Shown: positions 1 to 11,055 of the stretch, in pieces | How the letters are laid out: each line of letters opens with the position of its first letter | Position numbering within the stretch: position 1 is the stretch's first letter | DNA from: Antedon mediterranea | Lineage: Eukaryota; Animalia; Echinodermata | Assembly: GCF_964355755.1 (NCBI RefSeq) | Contig: NC_092676.1 | Span: 29,344,871-29,408,870, forward strand | Reading direction: 5' to 3' | Length of the DNA: 64,000 nt | Position numbers and translations under genes: made by a program | The notes under the pieces: generated by a model | Seen by the model: only the letters and a program-made list of their open reading frames with translations | Database searches by the model: none | Told to the model about the DNA's origin: nothing

Positions 1-562
1 CCTGTGCCAAGAGTAACGACGACACAACGACCAAAAGACACAACAACAAGTCCACTTGTGCATACTACGACAAGAAAATCTGTAGAAAGGACCAAACGAC
101 CACCACCTACAGGTATGTTTAAATCATTATAGCTTGTTTCTCACTTGGACGTAATATGCGCAATATGAGTTAGCCAATCACAAGCAACTGTTTGAATGAT
201 CCATCGCATTGTGATTGCTCAAATAATTAGTGTTGTGTTTACATCCATGTGTTCCTAGTGATGACCAACAAAATATTTATTTATTTTCAGCTTTCAACAA
301 TTTTTTTTTTAAATTTTTACCCTTATGCCATTTAGTTTAAATTTCTACTTTTAAATAAATTATAAATAAAAATAAACAAATCACATACGCTCTATTCATT
401 TTAAAATTATGTTTATTTTCAGTTAAACCTAAACCTACGGACAAAATAGGAAATAAAAATGGATACGACAAACAGACTGAAACAGGTTCAGCGTGTCGAT
501 ACCAAATGTCATCATTGCTGCTGCTAGCCTCCTGCCTCATAGCTAGAGTCAGATGGCACTAG
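1..562 (+). CDS. 3' end (last two coding exons) of a Thr/Pro-rich, probably GPI-anchored or cell-surface protein; 5' part lies outside the window
   Basis: Exon <1..112 (PVPRVTTTQRPKDTTTSPLVHTTTRKSVERTKRPPPT) ends at AG|GTATGT in phase 1. Exon 423..562 follows a TTTTCAG acceptor and continues in frame: VKPKPTDKIGNKNGYDKQTETGSACRYQMSSLLLLASCLIARVRWH*. Small residues (T-G-S-A) followed by a hydrophobic tail fit a GPI signal. Confidence 0.75.
131..257. mobile_element. Palindromic MITE, family B (degenerate copy)
   Basis: Internal inverted repeat ccaatcacaagc...gcattgtgattg; similar to copies at 2667, 4037 and 9608. Confidence 0.55.
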
Positions 563-2666
563 TCTCTGCAATCCAGACACTTTTGTATAAAGACTGTAAA
601 TTATTGTAAAATTATACTTAGTGGAAACTTATTTTGTAAGAAAAGTGCCTAATCTAATGTCACATGTTTTTTTAAACAAATTTGATTTATTGTAATCCAC
701 ATACAAAGCTTCTTATTTTAAAATCAAGTTGTTCATTTTTTAAGTATATGATCGAGTGTAGTACTCTATACAGCACTTACACGTGGAGTTATACTCTATT
801 CATGGACCTATCAGTTATATGTACATGCTCTATTGAAGTAAACATGTATTTATTATCAATGTCTTCTCTCTGAATTTAGTCTAGGGGGTGGGATTATAAT
901 ATTCAAACATGGGATTATACTCGGTCATATATATAAATGAACTAAACGCTGCACTTTTCTTGCAAGACATGCCACAACAAGAGAGATATATCATTTTGTA
1001 TGAAACATAAATTTTATTGTATTAATAAACTGCTACTATATATTGATGTTTGAGAGAAAACAAGAAAATCGCTGAGTGGACATTTTCTACTTTTGTAGAC
1101 GTCATTTCTGTTTTAAAACAAAATCTCAATTTTTACTGAGATTTTCATAACAGAAAGGCATTTGTAATAAGTTTGGTGATTTGTTTTTTAATTTTGTCTT
1201 GGTAATGTGTTTTTAATTTTCATATTTTAAGTTGAATCTGTATGTTTACAATGCTGCTTTTTATAATATACAATGTTGTCTAAATATTAATCACTGTCCA
1301 TGGATTAAGCACCAACTTAATGTTACCCAGCATGCATTGCATTCAATTATGTAAAGTAATATTAATTCCCTTGTTTCGTACTTAGGATAAGAAAGTGTAA
1401 CACCTACTATCTGTTTTTCTTTCCACCGACGACGTTTTTACACTTGTATTATTTATTTTAATTTTATTTGCATCATTGTCTAATTTTCGTTAGGTCATCA
1501 AAAGTTTAAGCAAACATAGATTATAAACAGGGTGTGACAGAAAGCATTATTAAAACTAAGCTGCTTAGTTATAGCATTTGATTTGAAGTCTGCAAAACAA
1601 ATAGTTATTCAAAATACAATTATGGATCGTTCTTTCATAATGGTTAATTTGGTGCACAATAGTTTTAAGAAGATGTATATGTAAGGATAATTTATTTAAT
1701 GTTTGTATATACTAGCTTCGGAAGCATTCTACTAATAAAATATAAAATAAGATTTTTGTTTAACGATTTTAATATTTGTACACAATTATTTTCAGTTTTT
1801 CTATTATTAGAAGATTTGAAAGATTCTTATAATTGTCTGTTTTCTAAGCAAACCCTAAACAATGATTATTTTAAGAAGAGTTTCTAATTTTTTGAGTTGA
1901 TCCCAGAAATAGCATCATGAATAAAATAATGATATTGACGATCGAATCTGGACAAAGAAATAAAATTAAGGCAAAATTTACTTACATTTAAGTTGTAGAA
2001 TCATGTTGAACCATAAGACTAATTTGTTTAAAACTCATTTTATTCAAAGCCAATTAAATGTTAATTTAGAAACCATATATTTTATAAAATAATTGAATTT
2101 AGAAAAGACTGATTTCATTAATAGTTCTTATCTTAAGTTTTAGCAATATACCATTTTAACTAAGAGTAATGTTTGAAAATATTATAGACATGCAAGAAAA
2201 TTACTAATTCTTTTTAAATGTTGGATAAAAACATTTTTTTATTTGAATTTAACATTATCTATTTTTTTAACCGATTGGTCAATTAGTCCATGTAACAAAA
2301 ACTATTTTCCTTTCACGTTCAAGTTCAATAAATAGATATGTATTAAAATGTTGCTGACACATTTTTTGTGTCGATTTTGGATAAACAATAATAAAATATC
2401 CATGGTAACAAAGTTCTGAAAATATATGTTGGTTTAAAAAGTACAAAGAAATTGTAATTAATATTAAGATCTTTCAGAAAAGTTGTAATAATTTATATTC
2501 TTGTATGGACGTCTAATGTTTGTTTAAACTCCTAACAAAGTTTTTAAAAAGACGAACGTACAAATTTTTTGGTTGAAGAAGGTATTACGACAAAAAATTA
2601 AAAAAATACTTTTATGATAATGATGTATCTTGGGTAGTTTTATTTGTGTGCATTACTATTATTTAT

Positions 2667-2795
2667 TTGGTTCCCATAGTGCCGCACGGGCGCAGACGCA
2701 ACGCACGCGAATTGACCAATGACAAGCGATTTGAATAATCCATCGCTTGTGATTGGTCAAATTGCTTGCATTTGCGTCCAATGGGAACCAAGCTT
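2667..2795. mobile_element. Palindromic MITE, family B
   Basis: Ends ttggttccca...tgggaaccaa; internal ttgaccaatgacaagcgat / atcgcttgtgattggtcaa inverted pair. Confidence 0.7.
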
Positions 2796-3287
2796 TCATA
2801 TTAACTAAACTAACGACGTTTGTGAATGGTGATGATGTGATGACGACAGTCGTGACGATTCAACAAAAAAACAAATGCCAATTTTAAAGAATTAAGCGTC
2901 TGGAAAAACAGAAGATAAAAATAGTACAAGATAAAAAAAAACTGTCGGATTAAATACACCTTCAAAAAATAATGCATCATTTGTGACCGTAACAACAGGC
3001 GCGTGTGTGAATTACACAGATCATTGACGACGACGCGAGATGGGTGCTCCGTCGCCGCCGAGTTCAAATTGATGAATTTACAAGATTTTAGACTCCGTGA
3101 CTGAGCCGAGGGACTGTTCTGAAGTCGTTAGCATTAGAATAGATATTTTACAATCCCAAACAATGTTTCCTCCTGATTTCAAATTCCCCAGCCAGTACAA
3201 TCCCAATAATATTCGTGTCGCCATGTTGGAGCTACATTTTCTTAATAAAAAAAATCATGGTTCTAACATCTGCGACAAGTTCGCATT

Positions 3288-3468
3288 AAGACCAATCTAC
3301 ACATAGACAAGCGGTAATGGTAACAAAAATAATGTAGAATCTATGTTATTTACCATTTACACAAACCGCGGAGTGCTCAGGATAGATAGGCCTACAGATT
3401 CTACGTGGAACAAGCTACGCTGTTTTTCCGCTTACCGTTACCGCTTGTGTCTGTGTAAATCGACCTTT
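3288..3468. mobile_element. Small hairpin MITE
   Basis: Imperfect terminal inverted repeats tacacatagacaagcggtaatggtaa ... ttaccgttaccgcttgtgtctgtgta. Confidence 0.55.
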
Positions 3469-4036
3469 AATTATATTTCACCCAGCCTCTATACCAATTA
3501 TCATAACTAAAGTAAGTTAATATATATATATTAAGAAAGGTGCTTAATGTCGCAATTTTAATCTGAACCATAATCAGGCCAACTTTTTTTTCAGCTCTAT
3601 TTTAATTATGTAATAAAAACAGAAATCAATACTCGTGAATAGGCTGAACAAAGCCTGTATTATTGTGATCATCGGTATGACTCAGTCACGGCAGCAACTG
3701 GGAAGGGTTTATTACCTATTGTCGCATCATTAGGCATTATACCGTCTGTAGACTTCGATTAAATTAATGTTAATTTTGATGGAGGAAATTACAGAGAGGT
3801 ATTTTACATAGGCCATGATTGAAAGTAAATGAAGCGATGCGTTTAATAATTAAACGCACTCGTTTCAAGGTCATAGTTGGTTACCAGTATTAATTGAATA
3901 GGCAGGTTTGAATTTTAAATTGTATGGAGCATACGTGCGCGCGAAGCCGTTCCGTTTCTAGGCATACGTACGTTGACGTCAAACGTCCTACTCACGTCGA
4001 ATGCGTCACGTCATATTATTAACTGCAGCTCACTAA

Positions 4037-4333
4037 AGCGTGGTTCCCACTAGAGATGCAACGCAAGCCAGTTGACCAATGACAAGCTACTGTTCGAATA
4101 TCCATTTTATATTTGTATGTACTGTACTTTTGAAAAGGCCAACAGAATTGAATTGAATTGAATTGAATTGAATAATCCATTTACGTTGCGTTAAGAAGAA
4201 TAGGGCTGATAATTATGACGTCATATAAATTCGATAGCCTTATTCTTTTATTGTATCGATTTTTGCTCGGAACGGGACCTTTAAGTTTGGGTCCCACACG
4301 CAACGCAAGGACAACGTAAATGATTTGACCAAT
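4037..4333. mobile_element. Two truncated MITE family B fragments with an (AATTG)n microsatellite
   Basis: aagcgtggttcccac...caacgcaag...ttgaccaatgacaagc at 4037; related fragment at about 4284; (AATTG)5 near 4147. Confidence 0.5.
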
Positions 4334-5807
4334 CTTATTATAATTATTAAAATTATCGCAATAAACACTATTATGTTATTGTAGTTCCAATAGTCCTGAT
4401 TGTGTATCCACAAATTCGATTTTTCTTTATAGAACTGTCACCGTTTTCATTTTTATATAATAACACATCATTAGTAGAATTATATTTACAAAAGTATCTA
4501 TTAAGAAAAGTGTAAAGTCGGTCGAACTTTGATCGCTAATCAACATCAGCCTCATATTATAAGAATCATTGCCTGCATAAACAAGGCTGTTGATACGAGG
4601 CATCATTACGTGATACGACGAGGCCCTAATATAACATCATTAACCGAATTAAATGTCGTTACGTCGATATCTAACGAGCCATAAACGAACGCCCATTCAC
4701 AGAAAATGTTCTCTATTGTAAAAATGTAGGTCTGTAGTTATAACACATTACTATTGTTTCCAGGGGACTATTGAATATACAATAGCTAGCTTTGAAGTGA
4801 TATTCGATCACAAAAAATCACAATGTCTTATCATATAATAGTATCGTATCCATACGACAATTATACGGCCAAAATGATGGTGTTATTCGTAAAACAATGG
4901 TTAATTTTTCCTGATATCATCACAGATCATCACAAGTTGACAATATCGGAGGTAATTTATCGGTAATCAAACCAAACACATTTGTTAATAACGGGAAGAG
5001 TTCACCAGTTTACTTTACTTCTTTTAACGTATACGAACTATATCCTACGAAGAATGCTGCAATATGGAAGAACTAACATTTCATATTGACATTCCATATC
5101 CTTGTTGACCTCTCTCCGGATTTTTACCCTCCCTGAAAGGGCCTTTCACACTGAATCGAACGCCAAAGATGTTTCGTTTTCACGACGCTTCACGCGGCTA
5201 TGCGCCAATCGATGTGCGATCAAACCGAAATATTGACGTTCGATTGGATTTACCGGCGCCGGAACGGAACCGTGCAAGAACAGGTGTGAAAGACCCTTTA
5301 ACCATGGAAGAAATGAATACCTCCATTTATGTAGACCCGCCCTCGCCTGAATATCCATCCCTCCCATCATCACCCTAGATTTTGAAAGAGAATCAACTTT
5401 TGTTTTCAAATTGAACGATTTACTGATTGCAGAGACACTAACAGATATTTCCAATAAAAAATAACCAGGTTTATATCTTCATCGAAAGTGACGTAACTCA
5501 CTACCTAGTCTATTCTTCCAAAGTGTAACACTGAATTTGTTTGACGGACCGTAAAGTCTTAAGTATACGTATCTTTTTAAAAACCCGCGTTTTGATAACA
5601 CAGTGGCGCCTAAGCCAAAGCCTATTCTACAAACATGACATTGGATATATACTAAATATATACGCTGAATTACTTTTTATAAACTATACCGTACTCATTC
5701 CATTATTAAAGGGATGTGCCTACCACACACGTTGGTTAATTAAAAAGAACAATAGTGATATTATGCCTATACTACCTACTGACGATATGTTTTACACGGA
5801 TGCTCGA

Positions 5808-5850
5808 TTACGTCATACGCGTCTGCGCGCGTAAATGCGTAATTACGTGG
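5808..5850. promoter_or_regulatory. CpG-rich promoter-like patch with CRE/ATF-type sites
   Basis: TTACGTCAT (5808-5816), a GCGCGCG run and TTACGTGG (5843-5850) lie just upstream of a GC-richer exon-like block; another GTGACGTAA at 5488. Confidence 0.4.
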
Positions 5851-7522
5851 CCCCAACTTCAACTTTGTTCCTGAAGACGCCTTTCAAATTTCTGCTTTGG
5901 TAAAGAATTTTACCATGAACACAAGACATTAATAAGCGTGCGAAATTCTTTGGTCGGAAATTGGTACGTTGGTGACCAGCTGAATGACTGGAGGAAACAA
6001 TGCTAATGACAAGGGTAGAGTTTTAAAACATCCCTGTGGGTCATCTTCAAAATCTCTCACATCATGGTCCTGGACACGCCGTCGTTTCTGGGTCTGGTGT
6101 TATCAATTTCAGTTCAAATATATTGCCCGAGGATTGGCGCTAAAACGGCGCGCTCAAGTAGACAGATAAATGTTGCCTCGTCGCGTCTGGCTGCTGCTGC
6201 TTTGGTTGGTCTCGCCTTAACCAAACACGATATTACACAAAGAATTAAAATATTAGGTAAACAACATTTGCCTTCAAGTTAACAAACCGATAAATATATG
6301 CATGTTTTGTATTAATATTCTACAAAAGTATCCCGGCAGGCAATGTCCATTTAACTAGAAAATATTATCATTGATATAAATGAGAATAACTATTATGCAA
6401 AAGAATCGCAGTAATTAATCGTAATTAAGAGTGATAGTGTTTATATTCAATCACTCTTATTTTCTATGGCCGTCATGTTCCCAAATAAAACAAAATTTAA
6501 GAACTGTAATACAAAAAAAAACGGCCACGACTAGCAGTTATCATGTTTACAATTAACCATAGTCAATTTTCTATTGACTATGAATTAACAACATGGACTA
6601 TTTTCGGCGTAGTAAAATTAGCTTCAATGACTTTGGACCAATCAGATCATTTGATTGATGCGTGGAAGTCAGACGATAATTTTTAATAAATTAGACATCG
6701 GCATCAAAATTGTACTTCAAAAAGAAAGGCAAAAAGTGAGTATAATGTACCGAGAAGAGAAGGTCTATATATATACACGTATAAATACAACTTATGGAAT
6801 TAATATACATAATTTACTGGGTAATTATGGTGGAAGAAGTGGTATAATTAACTTGATATCTAGGCCTATCTATGATTCGCTAAGTAGGCCTATCCACTCC
6901 ATCTTCGACGCGCATGCTTAACCTATACCAGTGCCGGCGGCGAACTTTTTTCTGAGTTAAGCCTAGGCCACGTTTGTTGACTTTGTTTTGCCACATACAT
7001 CAAAAGGTACCATGACATATATAGGCCCCTAACAATTAAAAACAAGCAAATACTAGTTAAATATTTGTCATTGATTAATATGTGACATAAGTTCAGATCC
7101 AGTGGATCGATGCTAGGCCTTACTTGCATCCCCAAGTGACATCAATAGGTAAGCCTAGCGAATGATTATTGACCGTATATTTTGACACAGCTATTTATTT
7201 TGTTTAAAGAGACGATTATGTTCGAACAAGCATCACAAAAACATGAAATTAATTTAAGACTGCTGATGAATTATGACAAAATCAATCTGCAAATTTTTAC
7301 AAATTATATTGGTTTGTGACCGGAATATAAAATTGCTGTCATTACAATATTTCTTATTCACAACATCACTCACTTAGCACATAACATTTTATAAAATTAC
7401 CCAATGGCCTTTGGGAAATATTATTTATGGTATGATCTAAAAATGTTGCAGGGTTTTATGTCAGCTATTAAAAATTGATTTTATATTCCAAGCCTAAATG
7501 ACATTGAGCATGCATCAAGCTC

Positions 7523-7876
7523 AAAGCTCTGTCTACACTATCAAACTATTTTGTACCCAAATATTGTAGCGGTATGCCCAAATATGGTAGTGATATGACA
7601 TCATCATGTCCATATATGGGCACATCACATCACATTTTGTCATAAAGTTTGATAGTGTAGACAAAGCAGCTTCAGACACACAGTGCTAGTTCCAGTAGAA
7701 CCAATCCTTGGGGAACTTTCCTGTGAAACACACTACAGCTAAATCTCTGTCTACACTATCAAACTATTTTACAAAAAGTTTGATGAATGGTAGTGAAATG
7801 CTCAAATATGGTAGTGATATGACCTCATCATGTCCAAATTTTTCTGTTATTTTTTTGATAGTGTAGACAGTGCTTT
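7523..7876. mobile_element. Two adjacent copies of abundant MITE family A (about 140-180 bp)
   Basis: TIR AAAGCTCTGTCTACACTATCAAAC / GTTTGATAGTGTAGACAGAGCTTT with internal ATATGGTAGTGATATG repeats; copies at about 7523-7667 and 7741-7876; about 13 copies in the window. Confidence 0.85.
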
Positions 7877-8079
7877 ACACATATTCAGGGGACAACTCTT
7901 TTAACTTAATGGAGTAACCTGGCATATAGAATCCCAGGTCCATATAATATGGTATCGTGTGAAATACTTTATTGATGTTTTTAATTGTGCTTTTGGTGTT
8001 TAATATTTTATAAACTCTTTTAGTGTGATTTTCCATTTTGTATTGTTTGTTGTATATATGGAATTTTTATTCTAAAATA

Positions 8080-8395
8080 ATGGCCGAGCGGTTAAGACAG
8101 TGGAACCGTAATTACGTAGCCATAACATCGGCAGGGGTTCGAGGCTCACTCACTCCATGGTTTTGGTGGTAGAACGAGTCTTCTCGGATAAGGACTATAA
8201 ACCGTAGGTCCAATGTACACAAATAGCTCGTGTGCACGTTAAAGAACCTAGTACATCTTTCGAGACGAGTAGGGGGTTACCCCGGTGTATTACTACATCA
8301 CAGCCACTGATCACCAACTGGGCCCTCTGGGAGACCAGTCTTTGACTGAAGAGGTTACCCAGTATAAATATTTATTTCATTCAATCAATCAATCA
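8080..8395 (+). mobile_element. tRNA-derived SINE with (AATC)n tail
   Basis: A box TGGCCGAGCGG, B box GGTTCGAGGC, SINE body and a caatcaatcaatc tail; degenerate minus-strand relatives at about 45900-46210. Confidence 0.75.
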
Positions 8396-9607
8396 ATTTA
8401 ATATATAAAAACAGTAACCACCTTTTTTTTTTCTGGAAAAATTTATTTGTTTAAATGTCTGAGTTACCAATAATTCACTGGTCATTGTTAATAACATATA
8501 AGTTTATAGAGTCACATATTAGTGTGTTTATTACCAATTAAACTGTTAATTTTCTTAAATTTATTTAAACATTGGTTCTGCTATGATTGGTAAAAATGTA
8601 TCCCACTAATTGTTTTACACAATAGAGGGCGGTAGACTATATTACTGTTGCACCAACATTGGAGTTTTATTATATTAACCAATTTCTCTCTTTTTTTTTA
8701 GGAAAAGCTTAAAAACAAACATATTACATACTCTATGAGGATGCCTACAAATGACCTCATGAGCACCTAGACAATATAAGGTGAGTTTTTAATTCTTTTA
8801 AATTGAGTGCAGTATTTTTTTAAATATAAATATTTGGTTACACTACTGTGTGTATATTAAGTCTATACTTAAAAAGTAATAATACACTAAAGATTACTTA
8901 AAAAGTAATATTTGAGAGAAAAATGTCCCTACTATTATAACACTGTATACACTATACAGAGATCCAGATGTATCTTTACACTAATTATAAAACTGTGTTT
9001 TGGACATGTGGTATTTGGGAGCTTTTTATTTGCTATGACCATGGAGAAATAAGTTAGGATTTCTCCATGCTATGACATATGCATAGGTGTGTCCGTAATC
9101 ATTTTCTGGACCTAGAATCAAAACAACTGTCAATCAACCAACAAATCACCTCTCATTGTCTCTGCATGCGTACAATAAAGTAACATGACATAACCTAAAT
9201 CTAAAATCAGAAGCTCGCCTCTGCATGCGTACAATAAAGTAACATCCTACTGTGAAACAATTTAACTAAAATCGATGATTAGCAATTAAATTTATGTAAC
9301 TAATAGTTTCAATGTGATAAGACTTGTAGTAAGCTTACAATACAAGGAATGTTTCAACAACAAAAGTTACCTAATTTTAGAATTGAATCTTCTTCAAACA
9401 TTTTTTTTTTCAAACAAAATTTACAACTAGTTTTATCTCATTATTATTACCCTGTGTCAAAATGTTGTTTTTGAAAAATATAGCACCAACATATCAAACA
9501 AAACTGCAGCTAATTTATAGTAGGTTATGATTTCACCCCCAGTTTGCCATCTCAAAATGTTCAGTCTACATTCACCTATGTAACAATCCATTCAATTTTG
9601 GCACACT

Positions 9608-9752
9608 TAAGCTTGGTTCCCACTTGGATACAAGCAAAGACGTATGTACACTGCAAGTTATTTGACCAATCATCTGAAATGTCGCTTGTGATTGGTCGAC
9701 TCATTTGCGTTGTGCATACATCATTGCTTTGTTTCCAATGAAAACCAAGTTT
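9608..9752. mobile_element. Palindromic MITE, family B
   Basis: aagcttggttcccac ... aaaaccaagttt termini with an internal gaccaatca/tgattggtc palindrome. Confidence 0.7.
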
Positions 9753-10094
9753 TCATATACATCATTATTAAGGAAAACTAGAATTAGTTCTTCCCAAAAA
9801 GTAAATTAGTTGCGCATGTTTAAGTTTATGTTTTCAAAGCATATAGCTTACAATAAATAACATATAGTTAGTCTTATAAGCATTTGTTTTACAGTAGTTG
9901 AAACTTATTATTGTAGCAATGAATCATAACATAAGTTATACTTTCATATTTAACCCTGATTCTTACGGAATCTAAACCTACCTACTAAACCTAAAGATCT
10001 TAGAATTTTAACTAGATGGGATTTTTAATACTAACTTATTGGTGGAGTAACTAAATGCAAGAAAACAAACCAGCCAGTGATGTTGGTAGTCTAG

Positions 10095-10216
10095 TGGCTC
10101 GTTCAGACTGATTTATTTACCTGGGTAAGTTGCTGGCCTACCACCCACCAAAGTTGGTGATAACTGCCGCATGAAACCAACTTACCCGAGGTAAATAACT
10201 AAGTCTGAATGGGCTC
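10095..10216. mobile_element. Hairpin MITE (possibly Harbinger-like) downstream of MOB3
   Basis: ggctcgttcagactgatttatttacctgggtaagttg is an imperfect inverted repeat of caacttacccgaggtaaataactaagtctgaatgggct. Confidence 0.6.
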
Positions 10217-11055
10217 TATGTGCAAGCTATCTACCTATATCCTTTTATATAGGTAGGATCTCGCAATATGAAATAGACAATATGTAAAGTAGTGCCTTAA
10301 CTCATCTCATTAATTATACTAATTAACAAACAGGTGGAGAAATTAGATGCAGGTAATTTCCATTTTGTATTGTGGTATTCAGCTCTTATCGGTAATAACA
10401 TTTTTTTTTAATGAGAATATCAGCAAAGTATTTGTCCCAACAAATATTTTAGTTATTTGAAAGACGTTTAAAAACATTTAATGTTACTATGTTAATAAAT
10501 GTACAATATTATCAATGCAAAACAGTTACTACTGATACTAAAATAAAGGATAAGATGAATGGATATTTTTTTGATTTTTTAAAATACTTCTTTTTTTCTT
10601 AAAATACAATTTCTTTAAGGAGAAAATAAGACAATATGCTAATCCTTTATACATAAAAACAAAAATGAATAAAGCATTGTAAGAAATACTATATTCATCT
10701 TGCCAGTATTAAAACAAATGTTACATCGTCTTTAAAAAAATACATTTTAATTAATGCACATTTTGTTGTTTTAACATTAAAAATAGTTATGCTGTAGTCT
10801 TAAAAAATACATACTTAATGCACATGTTTTACATTTGTTTTTTTGTTGCTAGGATACCAAAAAAACACTTAAGTTTATTACTTAGTATCATGCACTTAAT
10901 TAAATGATTGAAAGGTCCCAAAACATCCTGACGATGTAGTCGGCATGACTCCCTATCCTTCCCGATTCCAAGCGGCATTTCCCATTAGCCCACGGAATCA
11001 TGTTATCAGCACACTATTCAGATTGTGATTGCATTCCAGAATCTGTACCTCCTCC

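Larger units (their letters stand above)
5860..8780 (+). ncRNA. Candidate spliced non-coding or short-ORF transcript (exons about 5860..6256 and 8702..8780)
   Basis: Donor TAG|GTAAAC at 6256/6257. A strong polypyrimidine acceptor at 8701 and an AAG|GTGAGT donor at 8780/8781 bound a 79-nt exon with stops in all three frames. Confidence 0.35.

Noticed and set aside
5064-5378. Possible selenoprotein (in-frame TGT-TGA before the 69-aa ORF)
   Set aside because: No convincing SECIS element before the polyA signal and no similarity to a selenoprotein family I know.
8080-8155. tRNA genes (also 13639, 30090, 30255, 57760)
   Set aside because: Only A/B boxes with broken cloverleafs, mostly continuing into repeat bodies: SINE heads, not functional tRNAs.
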